A stretch of DNA of 60,318 bases from the IMG/VR virus record IMGVR_UViG_3300043783_000122, positions 1 through 60,318 of that record; one strand, given 5' to 3'. The notes beneath the pieces were generated by a model. That model ran no database searches and was not told the origin of the DNA. It saw nothing but the letters and a program-made list of their open reading frames with translations. A program made the translations under genes and the position numbers. Numbering within the stretch: the stretch's first letter is position 1; each line of letters opens with the position of its first letter. Origin of the DNA: a virus. Lineage: Duplodnaviria; Caudoviricetes. Shown piece by piece: positions 35,253 through 43,895 of this stretch.

Positions 35253-35331
35253 CATGAACATACCCCTTGCAATTCATACTAGTCTTATATTACGGTCGCA
35301 TAGTCTAGGCAACATACCAGGAGGACATCCC

Positions 35332-35919
35332 ATGCCCATCACCCAAGAGCGTATGATCGACTTGCTCGCCGAGTCGGAGAGCGCATTCGACGCCATGGAG
35401 TCGCTAGTGAAGGACATTCGCACCACGCTCGATTCGCGCAATCTTAGCGACGCGCAGAAAATCGCGGTCATCGGCGCGACATGCGCGATGCCATTACCAC
35501 AGCCCCTTTACACTATCGTCGAGCGCAGACACTTCAAGCGCTTCGCCAAATATAACGATAGAATGAAGGACAAGGCGTACAATCGTCGCCATGCGCGCGA
35601 ACTAGACCGCGAAGCGGACCGCGCGGCCAGCATGAATCCGCCAAAACATCCCGCATGGCAGTCCCCCACGCCAAACGCGCCCGAAATGGTCAAATCGGAG
35701 GACATGGCGCAGCCGGCGTTCAGTGCAAGCGAAATGGCGGCCAAGCGGGAGGCGACTAGGCTCGCGGCACTACGTACGACCGAGGCTGATGTGATCCAGC
35801 ACCAACGGGATATGTATCTGATGACAATAAGTGAATTCCCAATAGGCGAGCAGGAAAGAATGCTCGCCCGTTGGGATGCTCAGCGGCCGCAAGCGCCGCT
35901 AGACGACAATGCGGAATAG
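35332..35919 (+). CDS. hypothetical early protein (paralog of 41315-41605)
   Basis: ATG 35332 with AGGAGG RBS; MPITQERM...ERRHF. Confidence 0.7.
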   Translation: MPITQERMIDLLAESESAFDAMESLVKDIRTTLDSRNLSDAQKIAVIGATCAMPLPQPLYTIVERRHFKRFAKYNDRMKDKAYNRRHARELDREADRAASMNPPKHPAWQSPTPNAPEMVKSEDMAQPAFSASEMAAKREATRLAALRTTEADVIQHQRDMYLMTISEFPIGEQERMLARWDAQRPQAPLDDNAE

Positions 35920-36177
35920 CGACGTATCGGCCATGTTCAGGTCGGTTATCTCGCCGCAGGAGCGCAGACCAGCCTTGACGGGAATGCGGAATTCGCCGGG
36001 GCGAGTCTTCCACGTCTGCGTCTTGCCGTTCCGGCGAAGCGCCCACCATTTCCCGCCGCTCATGGCGGCATAAACGCGGCCATCGGCCAACGCTTGCTCG
36101 ATGATCTCGCGCGTCACGGGCTTGGAGAAGAATTGGCCGCTTGCGATAGCAGCGTTAATGGCTAGTTTCGCGTTCAT
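35899..36177 (-). CDS. hypothetical phage protein
   Basis: ATG 36177 with GAGGAG RBS; LRRNGKTQTWKTRPGEFRIPVK; own promoter. Confidence 0.7.
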   Translation of the reverse strand: MNAKLAINAAIASGQFFSKPVTREIIEQALADGRVYAAMSGGKWWALRRNGKTQTWKTRPGEFRIPVKAGLRSCGEITDLNMADTSLFRIVV

Positions 36178-36204
36178 TGTTCGCTCCTCGTTGTGCATGC
36201 CGCT

Positions 36205-36233
36205 GGTATAGCGCAATTATTGCGCCGAGTCAA
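36205..36233 (-). promoter_or_regulatory. sigma70-like promoter TTGACT-17-TATACC with palindromic spacer
   Basis: Hexamers at 36228-36233 and 36205-36210; spacer holds GCGCAAT-T-ATTGCGC. Confidence 0.7.
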
Positions 36234-36375
36234 TGGCTGCGATGATCTTATACTCAAGATATTTTCGCACTTGCTTAGCGGCGAACACCGCGTGGCCAAG
36301 GCGATAGGTGCCAACGAGCACGGAAAGCGCGTTGTACAACGCAGCAGCAATGAGCTCGTAGTCTCGGTGAGTCAT
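36217..36375 (-). CDS. small hypothetical protein
   Basis: MTHRDYELIAAAL..., GGAG RBS, promoter upstream. Confidence 0.55.
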   Translation of the reverse strand: MTHRDYELIAAALYNALSVLVGTYRLGHAVFAAKQVRKYLEYKIIAAIDSAQ

Positions 36376-36398
36376 GTTCGTTCTCCGATTGAAGCTAA

Positions 36399-36427
36399 AG
36401 TATAGCACACAACGGCGCGCACAACAA
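36399..36427 (-). promoter_or_regulatory. sigma70-like promoter TTGTTG-17-TATACT (TGC before -10)
   Basis: Hexamers at 36422-36427 and 36399-36404. Confidence 0.6.
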
Positions 36428-36634
36428 GGGGCGCATTGGCCAATTCAATCACAATGTCGTGATCGCCAGCGCATTCGCTAAGTGCATTTTCCTCTTGCAT
36501 CCAGCGTAGCCGCATGCTACTGTTCGGGCATGGGAAGGACGGAACGGGGCAGGTTGCCACGAAACGACATTCCCTTATAGCGCGCCGGGCGCAACCCGGC
36601 AATAGGTGGCGATGCCACATAAGGAAGATGTAAC

Positions 36635-37174
36635 ATGACCGAAGATACCGAGGACAAGTCTTTCAAATGGGGCGACATCATCGTTTCCCCGCAAGACGTT
36701 CCCACAGTCTCCCTCTTCGCCCTCGCGCAGCGTGGCTTCACGCATGTCCTGGGCAACGAGGTGGCCAGCGCCCTCACAGCGTGGCGGAAGACCGAGGAGG
36801 GCGTGAAGGCCGACGACGCGCAGATTGCCACTTGGACCGCCGACAAGCGCAAGGCGAAGCTGGAGCAAATCCTCGCGGGTACGCTCGGCGTGCGGCAGCC
36901 CGGTGCGCCCAGAGCGACGGGCATCGAGGCCATCATGCACTCGATCGCCGTGGAGAACTTGCGGGCCAAGCTCGCCAAGTTCAAACTGAAACTGCCGACC
37001 GGCGATAAGACGATCAACGTGGCGGGGAAGGACATGGACCGGGATGCGCTCATTGCCGCCGAACTGCGCGCGGGCAAGATGCCGGACAAAGTCACGTCCA
37101 TCGCGGACGAGGCCAAGCGGCGCCAAGAGGCGCACGAGGCCAGCGTCGCCTCGGCGGACGAATTGTTCGCCTAG
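36635..37174 (+). CDS. hypothetical early protein
   Basis: 179 aa, strongly biased codon usage, followed by a terminator. Confidence 0.75.
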   Translation: MTEDTEDKSFKWGDIIVSPQDVPTVSLFALAQRGFTHVLGNEVASALTAWRKTEEGVKADDAQIATWTADKRKAKLEQILAGTLGVRQPGAPRATGIEAIMHSIAVENLRAKLAKFKLKLPTGDKTINVAGKDMDRDALIAAELRAGKMPDKVTSIADEAKRRQEAHEASVASADELFA

Positions 37175-37200
37175 CACGTCGCACGGCAAGCGGTACGATT

Positions 37201-37224
37201 GGGGCGGAGCGTTTCCGCCCCTTT
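37201..37224 (+). terminator. rho-independent terminator
   Basis: GGGGCGGA-GCGTT-TCCGCCCC-TTT. Confidence 0.6.
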
Positions 37225-37286
37225 CGCTTGCCCGGTCGCGCGCAGGACGTATCACGACAATGTTACCACCCATATGACGAATTTAG

Positions 37287-37315
37287 TTGACACGCCCCAC
37301 GCGCCGTGCTACAAA
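37287..37315 (+). promoter_or_regulatory. sigma70-like promoter TTGACA-17-TACAAA
   Basis: Exact -35, 17-nt spacer ending TGC, 30 nt upstream of the AAA gene. Confidence 0.7.
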
Positions 37316-37344
37316 CACGGACGGCACAACGAGGAACGAGGACC

Positions 37345-38610
37345 ATGCCAAGCGATTTCGTCGATAGCACTCACGACGCGAAATTGAAACGCGATCTCGC
37401 GCGCCTCGCGCCGTTCTTGCCGGGGAAGAATGATCGCAATAAGGCGGAGAGCCTCGCGCGATGGTCACGGGAGTTCTCGAGCCCGCAGCGTTTCTTCGCG
37501 CAGCAGCTCATAGATCGCGCACGCAAGTTCGAGCGCGCGGGCTCGTTGCCCGCCTCGGCAGATGATCTATGGTCGGGCGATAGCGAGGAGCCCAAGGCGC
37601 CGCTAGGGAAGCCAGCGGGCGCAGCCGCTCCCGCGCCAACGAGCGCTGGCCCGAGTGTGGTCGAGGTAAACGGGGCGGATTTGCAGGCGTGCGTCGAGCG
37701 AGTGCTCGCGCCGGGGCTGGAGGCGATCAAGGGGCAGCTCGACGTTAGCGCCCAGGCGCGCCAGGACGCATTCAACCGTCTCGCGGCCAAGAGCATTGCA
37801 GAGCAAGTTCTCGCGGCAGCACTTGACGCGCTAGAGAAGCGCAAGCCGCGCGAGGTGAATATCAGCGTCGTGCAAGGCGATGCAATCCGCACGGTCGAGG
37901 GTTTGAAGCATAAACGCCTCGCAGATGCCATGTCAGTCGTGGCTGCAGGCATCCCGCTCTTGCTCGTTGGCCCAGCGGGCAGCGGAAAGTCCACCGCTGG
38001 CGAGCAAATCGCCCAGGCATTCGGAACATCGTTCTATCTCCAGGGCGCGGCCAGCGGGACGCACGAGTATCTCGGCTACAAGGACGGCAGCGGGACGTAC
38101 CACAGCACGCCATTTCGCCAAGCGTTCGAGCATGGCGGGCTCTTCATGGCCGAGGAACTCGATAGCGGCTCGGCGGATGTGCCGCTCATTCTGAACGCGG
38201 GGCTGGCGAACGGGCATATGGCCTTTCCCGATAGCGTCAATCCGGTGCCCAAGCACAAGGAGTTCAGGATCATCGCCAACGCGAACACCTATGGCAACGG
38301 GGCGGATCGCATCTATGTCGGCCGGACGCAATTGGACGGCGCGACAATCGACCGCTTTGCCTTCCTCGACTGGAACTATGACGAAGACCTGGAGCGGGCG
38401 TGCTCGACGAACGCAGATTGGACAACATACGTTCAGCGCGTGCGAGCGGCAGTGCAGGCCGAGAAGGCCAGGATCATAGTGTCGCCACGGGCGAGCATCA
38501 ATGGTGGAAAGCTCCTCGCCCAGGGCCTCCCGCGCGCGACGGTCTGCGAGATGGTGCTCTGGAAAGGCGTGGATGGCGAATTGCGCAAGCGGGTGGAGGC
38601 GAGGATATGA
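37345..38610 (+). CDS. MoxR/CbbQ/CobS-like AAA+ ATPase
   Basis: GPAGSGKST, TPFRQAFEHGG, Walker B LFMAEELD, IANANTYGNG..R.YVGR.QLDGATIDRF, IVSPRAS. Confidence 0.9.
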   Translation: MPSDFVDSTHDAKLKRDLARLAPFLPGKNDRNKAESLARWSREFSSPQRFFAQQLIDRARKFERAGSLPASADDLWSGDSEEPKAPLGKPAGAAAPAPTSAGPSVVEVNGADLQACVERVLAPGLEAIKGQLDVSAQARQDAFNRLAAKSIAEQVLAAALDALEKRKPREVNISVVQGDAIRTVEGLKHKRLADAMSVVAAGIPLLLVGPAGSGKSTAGEQIAQAFGTSFYLQGAASGTHEYLGYKDGSGTYHSTPFRQAFEHGGLFMAEELDSGSADVPLILNAGLANGHMAFPDSVNPVPKHKEFRIIANANTYGNGADRIYVGRTQLDGATIDRFAFLDWNYDEDLERACSTNADWTTYVQRVRAAVQAEKARIIVSPRASINGGKLLAQGLPRATVCEMVLWKGVDGELRKRVEARI

Positions 38611-39512
38611 GCGAGATAGTGCGCAAGAATGACTCGTCGGGCTTGCTCGACTTGCTCCCGGCGATGCCCCAGGCACGGCAGACATGGCATTGTTTCGCCT
38701 CGCCAGAAAAGGTGGCAGATTATCTGCGCGGAGTCCCAGAACACGAGCACTGGTGCACAGATTATCTCGCGCGGCGGGCGACAGAACTATGTGGCCAGCA
38801 GTCGTTCGGCGAGGCCCTTGATATGGTCGCTAGCGGCTGGCAGGAGGGCGCGGCGCGAGTCGCGAGGCTGCGGGACAAGATCGTCATCTCGTTGCCGGTC
38901 AAGCGCAAACTGGCCGAGTTCCACGTCGCCGGGGCGCTGGTGGATGTGCCGCGTTATCTCGCCGGCGAGCCTAAGTGTATGCGCAGACCCTCACTACGTG
39001 TTAATCATGCCAGACCAGTGCTGACGCTCGTTAACCATATGGGCGGGAAATCGAGGGTGCCGAAAGAGTGCTTCATTAATCGCTGCGCAGTGGTCGCGGC
39101 CATTGTGGATGCTATTGAGGCTAATGGCTATAGTTGCCACGTTATAGGGTTGAGTATGGCCGAGCAGGACAGCTATCTGTGCGGCTTCGTCACGACGATT
39201 AAGGAGCCGGGAGACGTGCCGGACTTGGCGAAGCTCGCCTTCGCGCTGGGTCACGTCAGCATGTTCAGGCGGCTGGTATTCGGCGTGCGAACGAGCGAGG
39301 TGGCCAACCGGCCGCTCGGAGACTCACTTGGCTCGACTTGTGACTTTTCCATGCTCGATGTTCTAGGCACGTTCGTTCTGCCGAGTATGAATACGACTTA
39401 TAGCAGCTTTACGAGCGAGCAGGAAGCCGAGACGAGGGGACTGGAGACAATGTTAGCCGCGCTCCGCGCCCAGGACTGCCCGGCCTTCCCTCATGACGAG
39501 ATAGCCGCATAA
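38607..39512 (+). CDS. partner of the MoxR-like ATPase (degenerate vWA/CobT-like)
   Basis: ATGA-coupled to the AAA gene; G..VDVPRYLAGEP.CM...VDAIEANGY...IK...D...LAFAL.H.SMFRR; canonical MIDAS not evident. Confidence 0.6.
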   Translation: MSEIVRKNDSSGLLDLLPAMPQARQTWHCFASPEKVADYLRGVPEHEHWCTDYLARRATELCGQQSFGEALDMVASGWQEGAARVARLRDKIVISLPVKRKLAEFHVAGALVDVPRYLAGEPKCMRRPSLRVNHARPVLTLVNHMGGKSRVPKECFINRCAVVAAIVDAIEANGYSCHVIGLSMAEQDSYLCGFVTTIKEPGDVPDLAKLAFALGHVSMFRRLVFGVRTSEVANRPLGDSLGSTCDFSMLDVLGTFVLPSMNTTYSSFTSEQEAETRGLETMLAALRAQDCPAFPHDEIAA

Positions 39513-39529
39513 GACTGGCACGATTTCGG

Positions 39530-39558
39530 TTGACAATGGGCGGGATGTGTGCTATGAT
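39530..39558 (+). promoter_or_regulatory. sigma70 promoter TTGACA-17-TATGAT
   Basis: Near-consensus with TGTGC extended -10; GGAGG RBS downstream. Confidence 0.85.
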
Positions 39559-39582
39559 GTGGCCACAATGGGAGGTCGTTCG

Positions 39583-39741
39583 ATGACGACATCTGACCGC
39601 TGGTTCATCAATATGTGGGGCACGATAATCATCTCGGCGCTTGCCAACGACAGCGAGGTAAAATGGACTGCGCTAGGCGCAGCGGCGATCGCAGGGATAG
39701 TCTTTCTCGTGCTCAAAGGGGAGGAAAAGAGATGCCACTAA
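39583..39741 (+). CDS. small two-TM membrane protein
   Basis: MTTSDRWFINMWGTIIISALA...LGAAAIAGIVFLVL. Confidence 0.55.
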   Translation: MTTSDRWFINMWGTIIISALANDSEVKWTALGAAAIAGIVFLVLKGEEKRCH

Positions 39742-40202
39742 CCCTGGCCGACTTCAGCGACCCGTTCGAGCCAATATACACGTTCGTCGAGCGCGCGACC
39801 GGGGCGAACGTGAACATCGCCAGCGCGAGGCTCTGCAAGTGGTGCGAGGGCGCGGGGCTGGAGATCGTGGGCGTGCTGGTTGATCGCGTGCTGGCCGGCT
39901 CGTTCGTTCGGGACAATATCGTCGCGCCCAAGTGGTGTGAGCATCTCTTGTCGCTCGTCGAGCAGGGAATGAAGTTCCCCCCGGTCATCTTCGCCAAGGA
40001 CGGCGGGGAGACGGACGGGGCGCCAGATGTGATGCTCGTGGACGGTCATCATCGTTATTTCATCGCGGCCATGAGCGGCGTGCGGTTCATTCCGTCATAT
40101 GTGCTCGAAGTCGAGCAATGGCGCCCGTTCGAGATCCTCGGGCTGCGCGACACGACGGCCGAGGCGCTCAAGCGGGCGCCGATAATGAAGGAGCTAAGGT
40201 GA
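39732..40202 (+). CDS. ParB/Srx-like domain protein
   Basis: PPVIF...LVDGHHRY motif. Confidence 0.7.
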   Translation: MPLTLADFSDPFEPIYTFVERATGANVNIASARLCKWCEGAGLEIVGVLVDRVLAGSFVRDNIVAPKWCEHLLSLVEQGMKFPPVIFAKDGGETDGAPDVMLVDGHHRYFIAAMSGVRFIPSYVLEVEQWRPFEILGLRDTTAEALKRAPIMKELR

Positions 40203-40411
40203 TGGACGTGAGGCTATTGAGCGAACCGCGTGGGACCATCGTCGTGGCCGAGTGCGAGGGATTTCGGGAGCGGGCGAGCGATGAGCGAGTTCACTTGCTC
40301 GACGATGGCGAGACGTGCTGTCAGCGCTGCTTTGCGAGCGGCTCGCTCGTCTGGACGGACAACGTCGAGCGCTGGGCGCAACACGCCGCCCGCTGCGAGG
40401 TGATGCCATGA
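40202..40411 (+). CDS. small hypothetical protein
   Basis: MDVRLLSEPRG...CCQRC; coupled starts/stops. Confidence 0.45.
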   Translation: MDVRLLSEPRGTIVVAECEGFRERASDERVHLLDDGETCCQRCFASGSLVWTDNVERWAQHAARCEVMP

Positions 40412-40605
40412 CGTTCAGATGGATCGGCCTAGGGGCGCTCATGGCGATGACGCCAGAGCAGCGCCAAGCGTTCGAGGTCCAGGGGGAGTACGCGATTGAT
40501 CTTGATGATCTCTCTGGAGCACCGAGGGCACGCTTCGTGCGGGACCTAGAATGCGATGACGCGAGCGCGAAGCGGGATGGCGAGGACTGGTGGGGTGGGG
40601 AATAA
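40408..40605 (+). CDS. small hypothetical protein ending GEDWWGGE
   Basis: GAGG RBS, ATGA coupling. Confidence 0.55.
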   Translation: MTFRWIGLGALMAMTPEQRQAFEVQGEYAIDLDDLSGAPRARFVRDLECDDASAKRDGEDWWGGE

Positions 40606-40609
40606 CGAG

Positions 40610-40789
40610 ATGAGTAAACGCAACGAATGCCGCCGCTGCAAACACTGGACACGCCTCAACCCAGAGGATGAAACGGCACCGGAAGGGACGTGCGGGCTGC
40701 CCGCTGATCCCGGCGTATGGCCATTCTATTGGCCACATACCCTGCAGCAAGATGGCTGTGGAGACGGTTTCGAGGAGAGAAGGACATGA
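40610..40789 (+). CDS. small Cys-rich protein
   Basis: C..C.HW...G.C...WP.T....CG. Confidence 0.6.
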   Translation: MSKRNECRRCKHWTRLNPEDETAPEGTCGLPADPGVWPFYWPHTLQQDGCGDGFEERRT

Positions 40790-41022
40790 CTCGGCGGGAG
40801 AGGCATCTCAACATCATTGCCAACTGGGGCAGCTTTGCGCTGCGTTCGCAGACGCTGAGATATGAATTTGACTGTTTGATCGCTCGTCGCGGGCTCAGCG
40901 CACTGAACGATGCGGCGGTGCGCGAGCTAGCCACGGCACTCGTTCGCGCGAGGGCTCGGCAGAACAGATACAATGCGGAGAATAAGAAAATTCGAGAGGA
41001 GCGAACGAAATGCACGCCATGA
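40786..41022 (+). CDS. hypothetical protein
   Basis: ATGA coupling, 78 aa basic helical. Confidence 0.5.
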   Translation: MTRRERHLNIIANWGSFALRSQTLRYEFDCLIARRGLSALNDAAVRELATALVRARARQNRYNAENKKIREERTKCTP

Positions 41023-41324
41023 GCGCAGCGGTCTTAAAGGGTAATCGACCTGTTGCGCAGAATGATGCGCCGTTGCACGGGACAAAACTGCGCAAGACTT
41101 ACGACAGGCTCAAAGGAAAGCCAGGGTTGCTTGTGAAAGCGGGAAGGACGGGGCAGCTCTTCCAACTACGTGACACTTATGGACTCGACATTCGCGCGTT
41201 CAAAACCTCGCGGGCGAAAGGTAGAGGCTGGAAATCGCGCTGGTGTCTCGCCGGCGAGTACGTTGCAGGTGGAAGATATATTGATTATGTGGCCGAACGC
41301 TGGAAGGATAAAGAATGCCCATAA
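41010..41324 (+). CDS. basic hypothetical protein (possible DNA binding)
   Basis: GTKLRK.YD...QLRDTYGLDIR...W.LAGEY. Confidence 0.55.
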   Translation: MHAMSAAVLKGNRPVAQNDAPLHGTKLRKTYDRLKGKPGLLVKAGRTGQLFQLRDTYGLDIRAFKTSRAKGRGWKSRWCLAGEYVAGGRYIDYVAERWKDKECP

Positions 41325-41605
41325 CCCAGGCCAGAATGCTGGCGATCATATCGGAGGCCCAGGCGCTCAGGGACGGCTGGCGGGATTTCGCCCTCGCACT
41401 CTCCGAGGTCGTGGCCAAGCGAGGGCAGCCCTATGGGCTCTCGCTCGCGGAGATCGCCACGCTCGTCGAGCGCAATGCGCTGCCGGCGACGCCAGCTCTA
41501 ACCGCAGAGCGCAACCACTTTGTCAAGCAGGGCAAGAGGAATGAGAAGAACGCGAAGAGCATGGCGCTCAAGCGGGGCGCAGCGAACGTGGAGCGAGCAA
41601 CATGA
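41315..41605 (+). CDS. hypothetical protein (paralog of 35332-35919)
   Basis: MPITQARM...ERNHF. Confidence 0.65.
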   Translation: MPITQARMLAIISEAQALRDGWRDFALALSEVVAKRGQPYGLSLAEIATLVERNALPATPALTAERNHFVKQGKRNEKNAKSMALKRGAANVERAT

Positions 41606-41991
41606 GCGCCCTCGACTATCCCCCGCCAAGCCACGCCGCATTCATCTGGCACCGGGGCGACGCGCTCTGCATCGGGCTCCCGGACTACTCGGGGGGCGGG
41701 AGCGTCGGGCACACGCTCGTTATTCCGCTAGCCAAGCTCGCGGTCGCACGAGATAAGGCCGACCAGCGCGGGTGGCAAATATTGCTCGACGTTCTCTTCG
41801 CCCGGAAGCACGCGGGAGACGGGCCGAAGCTGGCCACGCCGAGCGAGCCCACCTCGCGGCAGCTAGAGGCCCTCCTCGCTGGGCATAAGATCGAAAGCTG
41901 GGCGGCGGACGGGCGAAGGAAGCTGGCCGGAGAGGACCTTTGGGAGTCGGATGTTGAAACAACGGAGGAGAGAAATGGCGAAGATCAGTAA
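41602..41991 (+). CDS. hypothetical protein with GEDLWES motif
   Basis: 129 aa, ATGA coupling. Confidence 0.65.
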   Translation: MSALDYPPPSHAAFIWHRGDALCIGLPDYSGGGSVGHTLVIPLAKLAVARDKADQRGWQILLDVLFARKHAGDGPKLATPSEPTSRQLEALLAGHKIESWAADGRRKLAGEDLWESDVETTEERNGEDQ

Positions 41992-42388
41992 TTTTCTATC
42001 AGTCACCTTCCACGTCGAGAGTCGCAAGCTCCCGACGGTGCTGGAGGTTGTGCGAGGCTCGGCGACGCTGGTGAGCGTGCTGCCGATGACGGAGGAGGTC
42101 AGCGCGCCGCGAGAGGCGAGTGAGGGCTCAAACGGCCAACGCTATCATGGCGGGAAGCGAGATAAGGGCATCTCGGGCGAGTCGCTCGTGCTCAAAGTGC
42201 TGGAACAGTACACAGGCCTCGCTACGTTCTCCCAATTCGCCCAAGCGTTCGAGGAGCACGGGTTTGCGAAGAACAGCGCGAGCCCGGCGCTCAGCATAGC
42301 AGTCGCGGCGCAGAAGGTCCGAGCGCTAGGCGGCGGGAGATATTGCCTGCCAGGGACGGTTATCAAACAGGGAGCGGACGTGCGATGA
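41975..42388 (+). CDS. putative winged-helix DNA-binding protein
   Basis: GGAGG RBS; C-terminal FEEHGFAKNSASPALS...VRALGGGRY. Confidence 0.5.
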   Translation: MAKISNFLSVTFHVESRKLPTVLEVVRGSATLVSVLPMTEEVSAPREASEGSNGQRYHGGKRDKGISGESLVLKVLEQYTGLATFSQFAQAFEEHGFAKNSASPALSIAVAAQKVRALGGGRYCLPGTVIKQGADVR

Positions 42389-42774
42389 CGAAATACACAC
42401 TTGCCATCGTGGGGGCGAAGTTCAGCCCGCCAGCGCAGGGCATTCTCAGCGTGCTCCCCACGAACGCGGCGCTCGTTGTCCGCCGCGAGCCCTCGAACGC
42501 GTATGATGAGAACGCTATGCAAGTTCTCGCTCCCACGGACGACTGGGCCAACGCTCCGGGCGTGGCCAAGCTCGACGAGGCGTGCGCTGGCTATGGCCAT
42601 AGCGGAGACGACGTGCTGGCCAAGCCCGAGTGGCACCTGGGATACATCCCGCGCCAGGACGCGCTCTTGCTCGCCCCCAGGATGGACAAGGCGGAAGTGC
42701 GCGAGGTGCCGGGCGTTCTCACATGGAGCGCCGAGGGCGCCCCGAGGGTGCAATTCGAGGTCGCGGAGGGCTAG
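42385..42774 (+). CDS. HIRAN domain protein
   Basis: IVG..F...RREPSNAYDENAMQV...HLGYIPR. Confidence 0.85.
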   Translation: MTKYTLAIVGAKFSPPAQGILSVLPTNAALVVRREPSNAYDENAMQVLAPTDDWANAPGVAKLDEACAGYGHSGDDVLAKPEWHLGYIPRQDALLLAPRMDKAEVREVPGVLTWSAEGAPRVQFEVAEG

Positions 42775-42778
42775 CACG

Positions 42779-42973
42779 ATGATGCGACGGAAACATAGGC
42801 TGTATATCGATGTGACATACAGCACGAAGCAAACGAGGCGGGACGCAGCGAAGGGACTGCAGCTATTTCTGGACACTAATCTGGATATAGCCAAGCAGCC
42901 AGTGTGGGCTATTGATCCTGTCTCGTATATTGATAAACTCAAGATCGTGGAGAGCCCGTATGCTCAAAGGTGA
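42779..42973 (+). CDS. small hypothetical protein
   Basis: 64 aa with GGAGG RBS. Confidence 0.45.
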   Translation: MMRRKHRLYIDVTYSTKQTRRDAAKGLQLFLDTNLDIAKQPVWAIDPVSYIDKLKIVESPYAQR

Positions 42974-43235
42974 TGAACTATACGCGCAGATGACCACACT
43001 CAAGGCCCGATACCAGCGGGCGATGGAGAGGCACGATCTGGGCGCAGCCCTCGGCGCGCGGGACGATGCGGCCAAGCTGCTCTGTGCGAACTTCGCCAAT
43101 GTCGTGGCCGCGCTCGAACTCTGGGCCTTCCCGCTCTCGCACGGGGCGTTGCCGGACGAACAGTACGCTCGCTGCCCGACTCCGCTGGACCCGAGTGGAG
43201 ATGGTTCGTATCGCGGGCCGGACGGGGCGAGATGA
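42960..43235 (+). CDS. hypothetical protein
   Basis: ATG 42960, GGAG RBS. Confidence 0.5.
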   Translation: MLKGDELYAQMTTLKARYQRAMERHDLGAALGARDDAAKLLCANFANVVAALELWAFPLSHGALPDEQYARCPTPLDPSGDGSYRGPDGAR

Positions 43236-43666
43236 TGCGCTACGACGATCCCGTGCGGCCGCAGAGTATCGGCGCAGACGCCAGCCCGATGCAGACCAAT
43301 GGCTCCCCCCTCCCTGTGGTGACGCTCATCCGGCCGATGGAGAGCGAGGGCAGCGCGCGTTATCGTTGCACGCGGGGCTGCGAGAAGCTAGACCGCCTCG
43401 GCGAGCCCGAAGAGGGAATGGAGGAGTGCGCCGGGTGCGAGGTCACGCGAGACACGCGATGGGGCTGGCTGGCCTGCATTCACGCACATCGCGAGGGCTC
43501 CAGGTTTGGCTATCACACCGCCTGGATCAGTAGCCTGGAAGAATTCAGCGCTGCGTACCTCGCCGATCCGGAGGCCGCGCTGGCGAAGTGGTTCAAATAC
43601 TTCGGCCCCGAGGCGAGGAAGCCCATTCCGCGCGAGGTGGCGCCAGATCTCTGGGGGTCCGAATGA
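43232..43666 (+). CDS. Cys-containing hypothetical protein ending APDLWGSE
   Basis: C...C...C..C; YLADPEAAL..WF. Confidence 0.6.
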   Translation: MMRYDDPVRPQSIGADASPMQTNGSPLPVVTLIRPMESEGSARYRCTRGCEKLDRLGEPEEGMEECAGCEVTRDTRWGWLACIHAHREGSRFGYHTAWISSLEEFSAAYLADPEAALAKWFKYFGPEARKPIPREVAPDLWGSE

Positions 43667-43797
43667 TGTGGTCGCTCTTGGAGATACCGGAGATCGCGGG
43701 CTTCGCCGTTGGCATTCTCATTGGAATAGGACTCGGTTTTGCTGGTGGAGTGTGCGTGACGCTAGCACTGATGGCGGTGATATGACGGGGCGGGCTA

Positions 43798-43871
43798 GGC
43801 CCATGGGTTGCCTACGCAACACGGCCCACGCCACGCCCCCCATTGCACCCATGGGCACGCCATGCTATCAC
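43798..43871 (+). promoter_or_regulatory. 30-bp element (copy 2) plus promoter TTGCAC-17-TATCAC
   Basis: Element 43798-43827; hexamers 43843-43848 and 43866-43871; GGAGG RBS follows. Confidence 0.6.
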
Positions 43872-43895
43872 ATTGGGCATCGGAGGGACGGCCTA

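Noticed and set aside
34270-35272. ORFs called in the divergence region (34270-34764, 34236-34922, 34919-35272)
   Set aside because: Mutually overlapping, R/P/A-rich, no RBS or motifs; more likely non-coding
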